A stretch of DNA of 64,000 bases from Mobula hypostoma. Its lineage: Eukaryota. Shown piece after piece: positions 47,093 through 60,410 of this stretch. Below the pieces are notes generated by a model. The model worked only from the letters and a program-made list of their open reading frames with translations, was not told where the DNA came from and searched no databases. Within the stretch, counting starts at the first letter, position 1. Every line of letters begins with the position of its first letter. Both the position numbers and the translations under genes were made by a program. The stretch covers positions 22,382,001-22,446,000 of the forward strand of contig NC_086108.1 of assembly GCF_963921235.1 (NCBI RefSeq), written 5' to 3'.

Positions 47093-47099
47093 GTGAGTG

Positions 47100-49245
47100 T
47101 AACAGGAATTTAAAATGTTCAGGGGTAAGAGCGAATGAGGTACCCCCTTGTATGAGGAGTGCCAAGTCCTGGGCTTGGCGGTCTCAACAATCTACTGGCA
47201 AGTCACGGCACGCCGGACTGGGATTGGACGACAAGTTGGAGTCCCACGGGGAGAAGATCAGACACAATATTGTGTCTGTGTTAAATGAAGTAGGGGTCAC
47301 AGACAAGAAGGAGAGCTAAAGGGGTGCCTTTAGGCTGCTGGCAGCCATCATAAAGCACTAACACCAGATGACCACACAGAGAGAGCTGGAAATAGCAGGG
47401 TGGGAGCTGGGGATATCTGGCTGCATGGTGAGGATGGGGAGGAAAGAGTAGAGCAGGTTCCTATGAACCTCCCTCAAAATGATCGACCTCCCCCCCCCCC
47501 CACGCACCCGAGGAAATACAGGCCAGAGTGGTGACCACGTGGTCCCATACCTGGCGTGAGAGGCTTCAGCCCATGACCCCTCTTGACCCTCATGGGACAG
47601 GAGGTGAATGAGGAATGTGGGGGGGTAGTACAACGGACCCCTCCGATACGACAGAGATCAAGGAGTTCTCCGCCAAAGAACTGGCAGGATTCGGAGGAGT
47701 AAATACTGGCAGAAGCTGAGAGAACCTCCGGCCATATGGTTGTTGAGGATATGGGATGGAATGGTACTGGAGTGAGTTTATCAAATAGAGAGATGGCACC
47801 CTATCGTGGCTGTCAGCCCAACAAGCGGTCAATAGCGCCCTGAGGGTGCAGCCCGCTGCCATGAGGGGAATAAATTCTTCTGGGATCGGGTGGCAGTGGT
47901 GGTCAAGGCCGGGTACTCCTCGGTTCTTGTGGGATAAAGCCCCAGGCAGAGTAAAGCACAGTAGAGGAAGGGACCAGAGCCCTTGCCAGTGGGCTCCAAT
48001 TACAGGTGTATACAGTGATAGACCACCAGAGGATTCTGAACTAACCCCTGCCTTGGTAGGGCACTTGGTTAATACAGCAGCTCCCCACTTGAAAGGGGTA
48101 GTGCTGTCTTTGATGGGGCTGGCATTCAGGGGTACTGTAAGTGCACTGATTTGGTTGGAGTACATGGGAGAAGGCATGCCCATCTGGGTCTAGAAGCCGG
48201 ATAAACAGATCAGGAGCATGGGATGCTGTGTGACTGCTTTGGGCAGGTCGATGGGATTCCCACTCTTATCCTCTATGTGATGTGGAGAGAACAGTGTGAG
48301 GAGACATTTGGCAAGGGAGGGAGCTGTTAAGTGGGGGGGGGGTGGTGGGATCATCTTCTAAGCCCTACCCGAATGAGGGTTTGTTTTATCCCTCGCTAAT
48401 TTCCTTGTCTTGGAATTAGGGTTCCCTATATCCCTCACTGGAGGCCCTACGAGGGGCAATGGTGGCCCTCCAGTGGCTGCAGGGGTCCAACGCTGGGTGG
48501 CACCTTCCCAACCCCCTCACCTAGCGGTGAGGTTGAGGGTCCCTGCGGATATGCTTGGCAGCTGGGGGAGCCAGAGGCTTTGTGTACACATTGAGGTACA
48601 TTGGAGGAAAGGAAAGGTACAGCGATGAATGAACACCGTGAGCGAGCATAAAATCATTCCAGGTAACCCCGATATGGTGGGGTCCCAGGTTACAATTGGG
48701 GATTTAGGGGGTTCCCTTCTTCCCAGCTGGGAGGTTACCCTGCAGCTGACCATTGGACTAGGCCAGCCAGTACCCATGAATGTCTCAGTGGCAGCATCCC
48801 CTGTGCACTCTGGGTATGAATATGCTGAGGAGTAGATCCTGCAAGCAAGTAAAGTTTTTTTTTACCTTTGGGGTAGGCCAGGCGAAGGTACTGGTGGGTT
48901 TGGCCAAATGTGAGCGTTTGGTGTTTCCACTCCCCTCGAGGCTGGTCAGGACTAAACAGTACTGCACCACAGAGACTGGGGAGATTGTAGATGCCCTTTT
49001 GTGGGAGGGAGTAACTTGCCCTGCCACCTCCCTCTCTAGCTAGTGCGGAAGGGGGATGGAACATGGTGCATGATGGTCAATTATTGACGGATGCACGGCC
49101 TCTCACAGCTGTGTCTCAGATGCGGTGACCATTATCGAGGAACTAGGGAGGATGGAGGGGGAAGCATTGGCATGTGATAGTGCACCTCAGCAGTGTCTTT
49201 TTCTCCGTTCTCTGAGTCCAGTTCACCTTCATGTGGGACGGTCGG
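47100..49245 (+). pseudogene. Decayed gag-pro-RT(N-terminus) of a class III (ERV-S/ERV-L-like) endogenous retrovirus
   Basis: Gag: EFSAKEL...KYWQKLREPPAIWLLRIWD (47642-47763) and PEDSELTPALVGHLVNTAAPHLKGVVLSL. Pro: HIEVHWRKGKVQR*MNTVSEHKIIPGNP. RT: LPSRLVRTKQY, VRKGDGTWCMMVNY, HLSSVFFSV and QFTFMWDGR. Confidence 0.82.
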
Positions 49246-49259
49246 TGAGGAGGTACTGT

Positions 49260-52200
49260 AGCCTTTCTGGGAATTGGCGGGCTACAATCCTGGTGGGGCA
49301 ATGTGAGGTTTCAAAAGAGCTTGGGGCATTTTGGAACTTTTTGATGGGCTGCAATCATAATGATCTTTTAGGCACTCAGCTGGGGCAGATAAAAAGTGAG
49401 GTGTAAGCTGAGTGGCCATTGTTGGAGTGAACAGTGTTAGAGTGGCCAGGCTTTGGTTCAACAGGCTTGGGTGAGAACAGACACAGGCTCGAACTTAAGC
49501 TTGAGAAGTTAGAGACATAACAAGTGTAGGCAGGATGATGGTTAGGTCAGTGGAATGTTCCTCCTGTGAGATGTGGGATTTCAGGGTACCTTACAATCTC
49601 CCTGATGACTACATCTGAAGGAAATACATCCAACTGCAGCTCCTGACTGACGAGGTCAAGGAACTTGGGCTGGAGCTGGGTGCACTCACGATCATCTGGG
49701 AGCTGAAAACCTCATAGATGAGACTTTTACTGAGGTGGTCACACCCAGATCGCAGGCTTCAGATAGTGGACGTGTGACCAATGGGAACGTAAGGGGAGTA
49801 AGCAGTCAGTGCAGGGTCCCCCTGTGGATATTGCAAACGGCAACGGGTATCCCCTTTGGGTACAGTTGGGGGGAGGGAAATGGCCTCTCAGGGCTCAGGG
49901 CACAGCAGCAGCAGCCAGGCCAGTGACATCATGTTTGGCACTGAGGCTCAGCAGGGAAGGGTGAAGTCAGGCAGAGCAGTATTGATAGGAGACTCAATCG
50001 TTAGGGTGAGGTACAGGAGATTCTGGCCGGGAAAGAGAAGCCAGGTTGATGTGTTGCCTCCCAGCTGTAGTGTCCAGGATGTCTCAGAGCAGCTGCAGAA
50101 TCTTCTCAAAAGGGAGGGTGAGCAGCCAGAGGCCATGGTGCACATTGGCACCAATGTCACAGAAGGGGGGAACAGGTTCTGAGTAGTTTGTACAGGGAGC
50201 TAGGGAAGAGACTGAAAAGGCAGTGATCTCTGGATTACTCCCAGTGTCACAAGCTAGTCAGGCCAGGAACAGAATGATAGTACAGGTGAATGAGAAGCTA
50301 AGGAAGTGGTGTAAAGGACAGGGTTTCAGTTTCCTGGATCATTGGGATCACTTCAGGGAAGGTATGACCTGTAGAAAAAGAATGGGTTACATCGAAACCG
50401 AGGGGGACCAACATCCTTGTGGGCAGGTTCGCTCGAGCTTTTGGGGAGGATTTAAACTAATTTGACAGCGGGATGGGGCAGATGGTATACAACTCGATAC
50501 AGTGTGCAGTGAGACTGTGAGGAAGGACAGGCAGATGATAGGGCAAAATTGCAGTCAGTGGGATGAGTTGAAGTGTAACATGGGGGCAAAATCAAAAGGA
50601 TGATGAATACAGGATTGAAGATGTTATATTTAAACACGCACAGTATACAGAATAAGGTCGATGATTAAAAATGATTAGAGGAATTAGAGATTGGCAGATA
50701 TTACACTGTGAGCATCACTGAGTTGTGGCTGAAAGAAGGTCATAGTTGGGAGCTTAACATCCAAGGATACACACTGTATCAAAAGATCAGGCGGGTCAGC
50801 AGAGGGGTTGAAGTGACTATGTTGGTAAAAAAAAATGAAATCAACTCCTTACAAAGAGGTGACATAGGTTTGGAAGATGTAGAATCCTTGTGGGTAGAGT
50901 TAAGAAAATGCAAGGGTAAAAAGACCCTGGTGGGAATTATATACAGGTCTCCAAACAGTAGTCAGGATGTTGGATATAAATTACATTGGGAGGTAGAAGA
51001 GGCATGTAAAAGGGGCAATGTTACAATAGTCATGGGGGATTTCAATATGCAGGGAGATTTGTGAAAATTAGGTTAGTGATGGATCCCAAGAGAGGAAATT
51101 TGTAAAGTGCCTGCAAGATGGCTTTTTAGAGCAGCTTGTGGTTGATCCCACTAGGGGAGAGGGAATTCTGGATTGGGAGTTGTGTAATGAACCAGATTTG
51201 ATTAAGGAGTTTAAGGTAAAGGAACCCTTAGGAGACAGTGATCATAATATTAAAGAATTCACCCAGTTTGAGAAGGAAAAGATAAAATCAGATTAACAAT
51301 GTCAGTATTATAGTGGAGTAAAGGGAATTACAGAGGCATGAGAGAGGAGCTGGCCAAAGTTGTTTGGAAAGGGATACCAGCAGGAATGACAGCAGAGGAG
51401 CAATGGTTGGAGTTTGTGTGGGCAATTCAGAAGGCACAGGCTAGATGCATCCAAAAGATGAAGAAATATTCTAAAGGAAGGATGAGGCAACCAGGATGAC
51501 AAGAGAAGTCAAAGACAGCATAAAAGCAAAGAAGAGGGCATACAATATAGCAAACATTAGTGGGGAGTTAGAGGATTGGGAAGCTTTTAAAAACCAACAG
51601 AAGACAACTAAGAAAAGCCACAAGGAGAGAAAGAATGAAATATGAAGGTAAGCTGGCCAATAATATAAAAAAGGATACCAAAAGATTTTTTAGATATGCA
51701 GTATAAAGAGTAAAAGAGAGGTGTAAGTGGATGTTGGACCACTGGAAAACGACTTGGGAGTCCTTGTGTAGGATTCCCTGAAGGTTAACTTGCAGGTTGA
51801 GTCAGTGGTATGGAAGGCATTCATTTTGAGAGGACTGCAATGTAAAAGCATGTAATACAAAGGCTTTGTAAGGCATTGGTCAGACCACACTTGGGAGTAT
51901 TTTGAGCAGTTTTGGGCCTATTATCTAAGAAAAGATGTGCAGGCATTGGAGAGGGTCCAGAGGATGTTCATGAGAATGATTCCGGGAGTTAAATGCTCAG
52001 TGAATGAAAAGCATTTGATTGCTCTGGGCCTGCACTCGCTGGAGTTTAGAGGAATGAGTGGAGATTTCATTGGAACCTGTCGACTATTGAAAGACTTAGA
52101 TTGAGTGGATGTGGAAAGGATGTTTGCTGTAGTGGGTAGTCTAGACACAGCCTCAAAATAGAGGGATGTCCATTTAGAACAAAGATAAGGAGGAATTTCT

Positions 52201-52430
52201 TTAGGCAGAGAGTGGTGAATCTGTGGAATTCAATGCCACAGACGGCTGTGGAGGCCAAGCCATTGAAAGTATTTAAAGTGGAGGTTGATAGGTTCTTGAT
52301 TAGTCAGGGTTACAGGGAGAAGGTAGGAGAATAGGGTTGTGAAAGATAATAAATCAGCTATGATGGAATGGTGGCACAGACTCGATGGGCCAAATGGCCT
52401 AATTCTGCTCCTATCCATGTCTTGAGGTCT
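49260..52430 (+). mobile_element. CR1 LINE with 5' UTR, ORF1 (zinc finger/leucine zipper + esterase), EN and 3' end; most of RT deleted
   Basis: VECSSCEMW...QLQLL (49.55 kb), VLIGDSIVR, VHIGTN and IVMGDFN; jumps to the 3' end near 51750. May be a composite of two copies. Confidence 0.85.
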
Positions 52431-52499
52431 AAAAACAGTATGTAAGAATGACATCCTTGGAGGATTGTCCAGTGAGGCCATATGGGTTGAACTTGGAGT

Positions 52500-53545
52500 T
52501 TATAGTTTATACTGATGAATGTGAGACCAAGTATAGTTCCAATGCTATATTTAAGTTTGCTGATGACACCACTGTTGTTGGCAGAATCGAAGGTGGTGAT
52601 AAATCAACATATAGGAGGGAGATTGAAAACCTGGTTGAATGGTGCCACAGCAAGAGCTTCTAACTCAACGTCAGCAAAACCAAAGGGCTGACTATTGACT
52701 TTAGGAAGAGGAAACCAGAAGTCCATAAGCCAGTCCTCATAAGGAGATTGGAGGTGTGGAGAGTGTCAGTAACTTTAAAATCCTTGGCGTTATCATTTTA
52801 GAGGATCTGTCTTGGGAAATGCATGGAATTGCCTTTACAAACAAAGCACGGCAGAACCTTTAATGTTCATAGAAATTTGTGCAGATTTAACATGTCATCT
52901 GAAACTCTGACAAACTTCTATAGATGCACAATGGAGAGTATACAGCTTGCATCATGGCCTGGTATGGAAACACCAATCCTCATGAATGGAAAAGCCTACA
53001 AAAAGTGGTGGACACAGCCCAGTCCATCGCAGCAAAGCCCTCCCCGACATTAAGCACATCTACAAGGAGCACTGCCCAGAACAGCAGCATCCATCATCAA
53101 GGACCCCACCATCAAGATCATGCTCCCTTCTCACTGCTGCCATTGGGAAGGAGGTGCTGGAGCATTAGGTCCCACACCATGAGGTTCAGGAACACTTATT
53201 ACTCTTTAACCTTCAAGCTCCTGAGCCAACATGCATAATTTCACTCACCTCAATACTAAAGTGATTCCACAACCTATACACTCAGTTTCAAGAAATCTGC
53301 TACTCATGTTTTCAATATTATTTATTTATTTATTTATTATTTGTTTCTTTTTCTATTTGCACAAATTGTCTTCTTTTGCACATTGGTTGTTTGTCTGTTT
53401 TAATTTGTGTGTCACTTTTCATTGATTCCATTATATTTCTTTGTATCTACAGTGAATGCCCACAAGAAAATAAATCTCAGGGTAGTACATGCTGATGCAT
53501 ACGTACTTTGAAAATAATTTTACTTTGAATTTTGAACTTTGAAGT
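52500..53545 (+). mobile_element. Rex1/Babar LINE 3' half
   Basis: IFKFADDTTVVG and ACIMAWYGN; (tttgaa)n tail. Confidence 0.9.
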
Positions 53546-53889
53546 CCGATTTGAATTTGAGGAGCAGGTGTGTAGCGAAATTGTTCATAGTGGTAAGACT
53601 TGCATTAGTGGGAGATTTCAATTTCCCTCGTATTGACTGGGACATGATGTGTTAAGGGATTGAGTGGAAATGAATTTGTGAAATGTGTAAGGGATCAATT
53701 CCTGAGTCAATCTATTGAGGCTTTCCTCAGGGCAAGTAAATGAGGTGGTAGTCAGGGAGCACTGAGGTCTAGTGACCACAATTCTGTTGGTTTTAAGACA
53801 GTGATGAAAAACAGTAGAACAGCTCCACAGCTTAGGGTCCTAAACTCTAGCTGGGGTAATTTTTGGGGAGTTAGCCAGGATCTGGCAGA

Positions 53890-56800
53890 GGTTAAGAAAT
53901 TGGAGCTGGAACCGGATGAACTCCAGATCAATTTGGAGGCGGGGGGGGGGTGGTAATAAATAGGACATATTGAGAAGGAGTTACACCCAAGGTGCAGGAC
54001 ACAGGAAACTGGGTGACTGTCAGGAAGTGGAAAGGGGTTCAGGAGCCAGTGCAGAGTTACCCTTGTGGCCATCCCCCTCAACAACAGGCATATCACTTTG
54101 GATACTGTTGGGGGGGGGGGCGGTGGGGAAGGAATGACCTAGCAGAGGAAAGTCACAGCGGGCAGGTCTCTGGCACTGAGTCTGGCTCTATAACTCAGGA
54201 GGGGAGAGGGGAGAAGGGAGAGCTATGGTGATAGGGAATTCATTAGTTAGGGGAACAGAAAGGAGGTTCTGTGGATGAGAACGAGATTCCCAGATGGTAT
54301 GTTGCTTCCTGGGCGCCAGGGTCTGGGATATCCCAAAATGAGTCCTCAGCATTCTTAAGTGGGAGGAGAGCAGTGAGAGCTCATGGTCCATGTAGGTACC
54401 AATGACTTAGGTAGGAAGACTAATGAAGTTCTGCAAAGTGAGTTCAGGGAGTTGGGTGCTAAGTTAAAGGGCAGGACCTCCAGGGTTGTGATCTCAGGAT
54501 TGCTACACCTGCCATTTGCTAGTGAGGCCAGAAATAGGAAGATCATCCAGTTTAACATGTGGCTAAGGAGTTGGTGTAGGAGACTTTTGGATAATTGTGC
54601 TCTCTTCCAGGGAAGGTGGCACCTGTACAGAAGAGATGGTTTGCATCTGAACTGGAAGGCAACTAATATCCAAATGGGAAAGTTTGCTAGTGCTGCACAG
54701 TGGGGTTTAAACTGGTGTCGCAGGATCCCAGAGCTGTGGCCTCCATCACACCACTCCCACAGAACAATGACTGAAACTGTGAGCACACACATGCACACAC
54801 AAGGATTCAAATACATGCACTAATGGCACTTTGTGCATTACTGTGATATTCTGGTGCTGCTGCAACTTATTTTCTGCTACTTATCTATTTAATACTGTTT
54901 TTCTATTACTGTCTTGTTTTTATCTACCGGTTTATTTAATTGCCTGAGAGGAAGCCAAACAGAATTTCATTGTACCTATGTATAATGACAATAAAGATCA
55001 TTCAATTCAATTCAGTTCAATTCAATTCAATGGGAACCAGAATGCCAGAACAGATAGAGGAGAGATTGTAGAGACAGATGTTGTTAAGACCTCAGACAAA
55101 ATCAGGAATCAAAAGTTGAGCATGGATCGACTAATGTTCTGAGCTGTGTATATTTCAACGCATGAAATGTCGTAGGAAAAGCACATGAGCTCAGGGCATG
55201 GATCCGCACATGGAAGTATGATATTGTAGCCATTAGTGAGACTTGGTTGCAGGAGGGCCAGAACTGGCAGCTCAGTATCCTGGCGTTCCATTTAGACACG
55301 ACAGAGTGAGAGGGATTAAAGGAGGAGGAGTGGCTTTACTAGCCAGGGAAAATATCATGGCAGAGTCCACTCAGGACCAACTGGAGAACTCATTTAGTGA
55401 GGCGTTGTGGGTGGAACCGAGGAATGAGAAAGGTAATGGGGCTATATCACACACCGCCACACACTCCGCGGGATTGACAGGAACAAATTTGCAGAGATCG
55501 CAGACTGTTGCAAGAAACATAAGGTTGTTATAGTAGGTGATTTTAACTTTCTGCATATTGACTGGGACTCCCATACTGTAAAAAGGATTAGATGGGATAG
55601 AGTTTGTCAAATCTGTTCAGGAAACTTTCCTTAATCAGTACATAGAAGTCCCAATAAGAGAGTGTGTGATACTGGATCTGCTATTAAGGAATGAGGCAGG
55701 GTAGGTGACAGAAGTTTCTGTAGGAGAACACTTTATATCTAGCAATCATAATTCCATTAGTTTCAAAGTAAATATGCAAAAAAAAAAATAGGTCTGGCCT
55801 GTGGTTCAGATTCTAAATTTGAGAAAGGCTAATTTTGAGGGTACCAGAAAGGGTCTGGCAAGTGTGGATTGGGACAGGCTGTTTTTGGTGTACTTGGTCA
55901 GTGGGAGGCCTTCAAAAGTGAAAAATGTAAGAGTACAGAGCCTGTATTAGCCTGTCAGAATAAAAGGTAAAGATAACAGGTGTAGGGAGCCATGGTTTTC
56001 AAGAGATATTGAGGCCCTGGTTGAGAAACAAAGGAGATGCATGTATAGATGCAGGTATAGGCAGGCCAGAACAAAGGAGATGTTTATGGACTATAAGAAA
56101 TGCAAGAGAACACTTAAGAAAGAAATCATAAGGGCTAAAAGAAGAGATCAGGTTGCCCTAGCAGACAAGGGGAAGGAGAGTCCTTATACATCCGACAGAT
56201 CTGTTAAGAGAGAAAGGATTGCAAAGGACAAAATTGGTCCTCTGGAAGATCAGAATGGTAACTCATGCGTGGAGCAAAAAGAGATGTGGGAGATCTTAAA
56301 TGAAATTTTTGCATCTGTATTTACCCAGGAAATGGACAAAAAGTTTATAGAAGTGAGGCAGAGTGGCATCAACTTCATGGACCCTATACAGAGGAGGAGG
56401 TGTTTGTTGTTTTGAGGCAAGTTAAATACCCAGGGCTTGACAAGGTGTTCCCTCAGACCCTGTGGGAGGCAAGTGCAGAAGCTGCAGGGGCGCTAACAGA
56501 GGTATTTAAATCATCCTTAGCAACTGGTGATTGGAGGATGGCCAGTGTTGCTGTTTAAGAAAGGCTCTAAAAATAAACCAGGAAATTATAGGCCGGTGAG
56601 CCTGACATCAACAGTGGGAAGATTATTGGAAAGTATTTTAAAGGACTGCATATATGAGTTTTTGGATAGACATAGACTGATTAGAGATTGTCAGCATGGT
56701 TTCATGCATGGTAGGTCATATCTAACCAATCATGTAGAGTTTTTCGAGGAATTTTTAAGGAAAGTTGATGAAAGCAAGACAGTGGGTGTTGTCTACGTGG

Positions 56801-57946
56801 ACTTTAGCAAGACATTTGAAGGTCTTGCATGGGAGGTTGGTCAAGAAAGTTCAGTCACTCAGCATTCAAGATAAGGTAGTAAATTGGATTAGCACTGGCT
56901 TTGTGGGAGAAGCCAGAAGGTGTTAGTAGATGGTTGTCTCTCTGTGGAGGCCTGTCACTAGTGGAGTGCTGCAGGAATCAGTGCTGGCTTTATTGTTGTT
57001 TGTCATCAATGTCAATGATATGGATGATAGTGTGGTTAACTAGATCCAAGATTGGGTGTGTAGTGGACAGCGAGGAAGATGATCATGGCTTATAGCGGGA
57101 TCTGGACCAGTTGGAAAAACGGTCTGAAAAACGGCAGAGGGGAATTTAATGCAGACAAGTGTGAGGTGTTGTATCTTGGTAGGACCAACCAGGATAGGTC
57201 TTACACAGTGAATGTAAGGGCACTGAGAAGTGCTGTAGAACAAAGGGATCTGGGAATACTGGTCTATAGCGTATTGAAAGTGCCGTCACAGGTAGATAGG
57301 GTCGTAAAGAAAGCTTTTGGTGCATTGGCCTTCATAAATGAAAGTATTGACTACAGGAGATGGGATGTTATGTTGAAATTGCTTAAGACATTGGTGAGGG
57401 TTAATTTGAATGTGTGCAGTTTTGGGCATCTACCTACAGGAAAGATGTAAACAAAATTGAAAGAGTACAGAGGAAATTTACAAGGATGTTGCCAGGACTG
57501 TAGGATCTGAGATATAAAGAAAGATGGAATAGGTTAGAACTTTATTTCCTAGAATGTAGAAGATTAAGAGGAGATTTAATTGAGGTATACAAAATTAACA
57601 GAGTTATGGATAGGGTAAGTGCAGGCAGGCTGTTTCCACTGAGAATGGGTGGAACTACAACTAGAGGTCATGGGTTAAGGGAGAAAGGTGAAAAGTTTAA
57701 GGGGAACATGAGGGGAAACTTCACTCAGATGGTGGTGAGAGTGTAAAATGAGCTTCTAGCGCAAGTGGTGATTGCGAGCTCAATTTCAATGTTTAAGAGA
57801 AGTTTCGATAGGTAAATGGATGGTAGGGTTATGGAGAGCTATGGTCCTGGTGCAGGTTGATGGGAGTAGGGAGTTTAAATTGTTGTCACGGACTAGATGG
57901 GCCAAAGGGCCTGTTTCTCTGCTGTACTTTTCTATGACTCTATGAC
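53890..57946 (+). mobile_element. Near full-length decayed CR1 (ORF1 esterase + ORF2)
   Basis: VHVGTNDLG...RDGLHLNW and PGNYRPVSLTS; (ctatgact)n tail; short Rex-like tail inserted at about 54720-55030. Confidence 0.9.
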
Positions 57947-58571
57947 TGAGTGAACCCATGTGAAAGATTGGAATGAATAGCATGTGAGAAGCTTTTGAGA
58001 GTGTGATATCAAGTGTCCAGGAGCAGCATGTTCCTGTTAGGGTGAAGGGTAAACCTGGCAAGTTTAGGGAGCCTTAACTGATGAGAAATATTGAAGTTCT
58101 AGTTAAGAAAAAGAAGAAAGCACACATTGGATTTAGGAGGTCAGAATCAAGTCAATTCCTTGACGACAAAATCAAGATTAAGAAAATTCTTAATTGGAAA
58201 ATTAGGTGAGCCAAGGGATGCTATGAGATGGATATGGCAGGTAAGGTTACGGAAAATCCCAAGAGGTCATATTGCTGTATTTAAAATAAAAGCGTTCCTA
58301 GCAAGAGAGCAGGTCCCCTTAGAGATCAGCAGAGCTGGTTCTGCCTCGAGCCAGGGTGGGGGTGGGGGCAAAATTTTAACATATTTCTCCCCGCCCTTTA
58401 CTGATAAGAAAATTATGGTTGCTCAAGGTATAAAGAAAACAAGTGGAGATATTTTGAGGAACATTCATATCATCTGGAAGGAAGTATTTTCAGTCTGACA
58501 GCACATCAAAATGGGTAGTGGTCCAGGGCCTGACAGAAGTCCTTGTGGGAAACTAGAGAGGAAATTGTGGA

Positions 58572-58651
58572 CGCATAAAAATTGCTGGTGAACGCAGCAA
58601 TTTTTATGTGTGTTGCTTGAAATTCCAGCATCTGCAGATTTCCTCGTGTTT
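58572..58651 (+). mobile_element. 80-bp fold-back Penelope pLTR micro-insertion
   Basis: 14-bp TSD gaggaaattgtgga at 58558-58571 and 58652-58665; internal inverted repeat. Confidence 0.85.
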
Positions 58652-58879
58652 GAGGAAATTGTGGAGGCCTTTGCAGAGACATTTGTTTCATCATTAACTA
58701 CTGGTGAAGTTCCTGAAGACTGGAGGTGGTGAGTTTTGTTCTGTTGGTTCAGAAGGGTAGCAAGGATTGGCCAGGGAACTATAGTCCAACCAGCCTGAAA
58801 TGGGTAATGGTGGAGCTACTGAAGGGAGTTCTGAGGGGTAGAATATACAAGCAATTGTTAGACAGAGTCTGACTAGAAT

Positions 58880-59670
58880 AAGTTTGAAAGATTACAGAGA
58901 AAAATTGGCCTGAGTTATAAGGAAAGATTAAGCATGTTAAGACTTTATTCCTTGCAATGTCGAAGATTGAGAAGAGATTTGATAGAGCTATGAGATGTAT
59001 AGATAGGGTAAATGCAAGAATGCTTTTTCCACTGAAGTTAGGTAGGACTATAACCAGGGTTCATGGGTTAAGGGAGAAAGGTGAAAAGTTTAAGGGGAAC
59101 ATGAGGGGAAACTTCTTCACTCAGAGGATGGTGACAGTACAGAACGAGCTGCCTGTGCAAGTGGTGCATGCAAGCACAATTTCGTATTTAACAGAAGTTT
59201 GGTTAGATACATGGGTGGTAGAGTTATGGAGGGCTGTGGTCCTGGTGCAGATTGATGGGAGGAGGCAGTTTAATGGTTCGGCATGGATTAGATGGGCCAA
59301 AGGGTTTATTTCTGTGCTGTAGTTTTCTATGACTCTATGACTCTAAGTGTTTAAAATGATGAGAGGCATAGATAAGCTGGGTGTTAACAGTCTACCCTCT
59401 GGGGTAGAGGAGCCCAAAACTGTGAGGCATGGAATTAGGGTGAGAGGGAAAATATTTAAAAGGGATCTAAGGGGAAACCTTTTAACGCAGAGGGTAGTGA
59501 GGGTATGGAACAAGCTGCCAGAAGAAGTGGTTGAGGCATACACAATAGTATCATTTATAAGTATGTGGAGGGGCAGGACATAGAGGGATATGGGCCGAAT
59601 GCAGGAAATTGGGACGAGCTGGAGAGCCTGTACCAGTGCTGTACTACCATCTTGGGATTTGTACACTGTC
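58880..59670 (+). mobile_element. Two CR1 3' ends in tandem
   Basis: ORFs 58957-59322 and 59347-59583 (RGN..TQR.V..NEL/KLP). Confidence 0.85.
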
Positions 59671-59914
59671 AATTCTGACAGGTGACAATCAATTTCCTTG
59701 TTCATCAATTTCTAGGTGAGCATGTAAACTGCAAGGTAAGTAATAATGAACATAATGCAAGAAGATTCCTCTTGATTAATGGCCCTCTCACCTCCATTGT
59801 TGTTAACGCCCTTGGACATTCTGTATTCAATCTTTTCCCTTAAGATTAAGGTTTGGCAAGCATTTGAACCAAGACATTAAGTCACTCTGGTTGTTGTCTC
59901 TAAAATTTGTAAAT

Positions 59915-60410
59915 TAGTTTATTATTGTCACATGTACCAAGATACAGGGTAAAACTTTGTTTTACATGCCACCCACACAGATCATTTCATTACAACAGTG
60001 AATTAAGTTAGTGTAAGTGAAACAATAATACAATGCAGAGTAAAGTGTTACACTTACAGAGAAATGCATTGCAGGCAGATAATAAGGTGCAAAGCCACAC
60101 TGAGGTATATTGTGCAGTTAAGATTCCATCTTATTTTACCAGGGAACTATTCAGTAGTCTTACGACAGTGGAATAGAAGCTGACCTTGATCATGATGGCA
60201 CGTTTTCAGGCTGTTGCATCTTCTGCCTGATGGAATGGAGAAGAAGAGGAAATGTCTGGAGAGAATGTGGTCTTTGATTACATTGGCTGCTTTACCCAGG
60301 CAACAAGGTGTAGACAGCGTCTTTGGAGGGGAGGCGAGTTTCCATGATGTCCTCAGAAAGTATTGTTGGCTGTGATGTCAATGTGGTTGGACCAGTCAGG
60401 TTATTGGCAT
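59915..60410 (-). mobile_element. Rex1/Babar 3' tail
   Basis: Homologous to 6520-6900. Confidence 0.7.

Larger units (their letters stand above)
53560..58880 (+). mobile_element. Older CR1 ORF2 fragments flanking a nested CR1
   Basis: GDFNFPRIDW near 53.6 kb; colinear continuation from about 57950. Confidence 0.65.
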
